In this document: positions 63,949 through 64,000 of the stretch, piece after piece | Layout of the letters: the number at the start of each line of letters is the position of its first letter | Numbering within the stretch: position 1 is the first letter of the stretch | Source: Actinomycetota bacterium | GTDB lineage: Bacteria; Actinomycetota; Actinomycetes; Nanopelagicales; Nanopelagicaceae | Length of the DNA: 64,000 bases | Direction: 5' to 3' | Assembly (NCBI GenBank): GCA_003151395.1 | Contig: PLXJ01000039.1 | Coordinates: 56,969-120,968 of the forward strand | Position numbers and translations under genes: made by a program | The notes under the pieces: model-generated | Seen by the model: only the letters and a program-made list of their open reading frames with translations | The model's database searches: none | What the model was told of the DNA's origin: nothing

Positions 63949-64000
63949 ATGGTTGATACCCTTGAAAAATCTACTGATGTAATCTGCGATCTCTGCCGAA
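63949..64000 (+). CDS. Possible 5' end of an unidentified CDS
   Basis: ATG at 63949 preceded by GGAAGGA, open to the window end (MVDTLEKSTDVICDLCR). Too short to classify. Confidence 0.25.
   Translation, partial: MVDTLEKSTDVICDLCR

Overview
The window looks like an actinobacterial chromosome segment. GC is moderate by eye (not computed), possibly a streamlined freshwater lineage; that is inference only. It is almost fully coding, mostly on the minus strand, and many adjacent genes have overlapping stop and start codons (ATGA, GTGA, TAATG).

Several blocks match known Mycobacterium gene order:
- rlmB-cysS-ispDF-carD plus an LpqE-like lipoprotein
- mshA-gpmA-senX3-regX3 plus phoU
- ppk1-mutT1 next to a Ppx/GppA gene

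Other recognisable content:
- A GlgE-pathway glycogen cluster: glgA(GlgM-type)/glgC divergent pair, then glgX, glgB, glgE.
- gabT, an Orn/Lys/Arg-type decarboxylase and an aldehyde dehydrogenase.
- psuK-psuG-MMPL.
- One tRNA-Thr(UGU).
- Various transporters and redox enzymes.

I saw no rRNA, CRISPR array, transposase or integrase.

Two adjacent minus-strand loci look accessory and cell-envelope related.
1. 32.8-40.3 kb is a tightly packed seven-gene string. It encodes a NOX/ferric-reductase-like di-heme flavoenzyme, an exported FMN-binding protein, a signal-less ApbE flavin transferase, an oversized HlyD/MacA-like adaptor, a MacB-type ABC ATPase and permease, and a Gly-rich membrane protein.
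2. 40.3-46.1 kb holds two paralogous 600-aa genes for Ig-like plus coiled-coil secreted proteins. They flank an ECF sigma factor fused to a transmembrane helix and an extracytoplasmic domain. Each paralog keeps its own conserved leader stem-loop (with compensatory changes) and its own near-identical terminator.

I regard locus 2 as the best candidate for an undescribed system and locus 1 as second. All functional calls come from motif and family recognition by eye; no database search was run.
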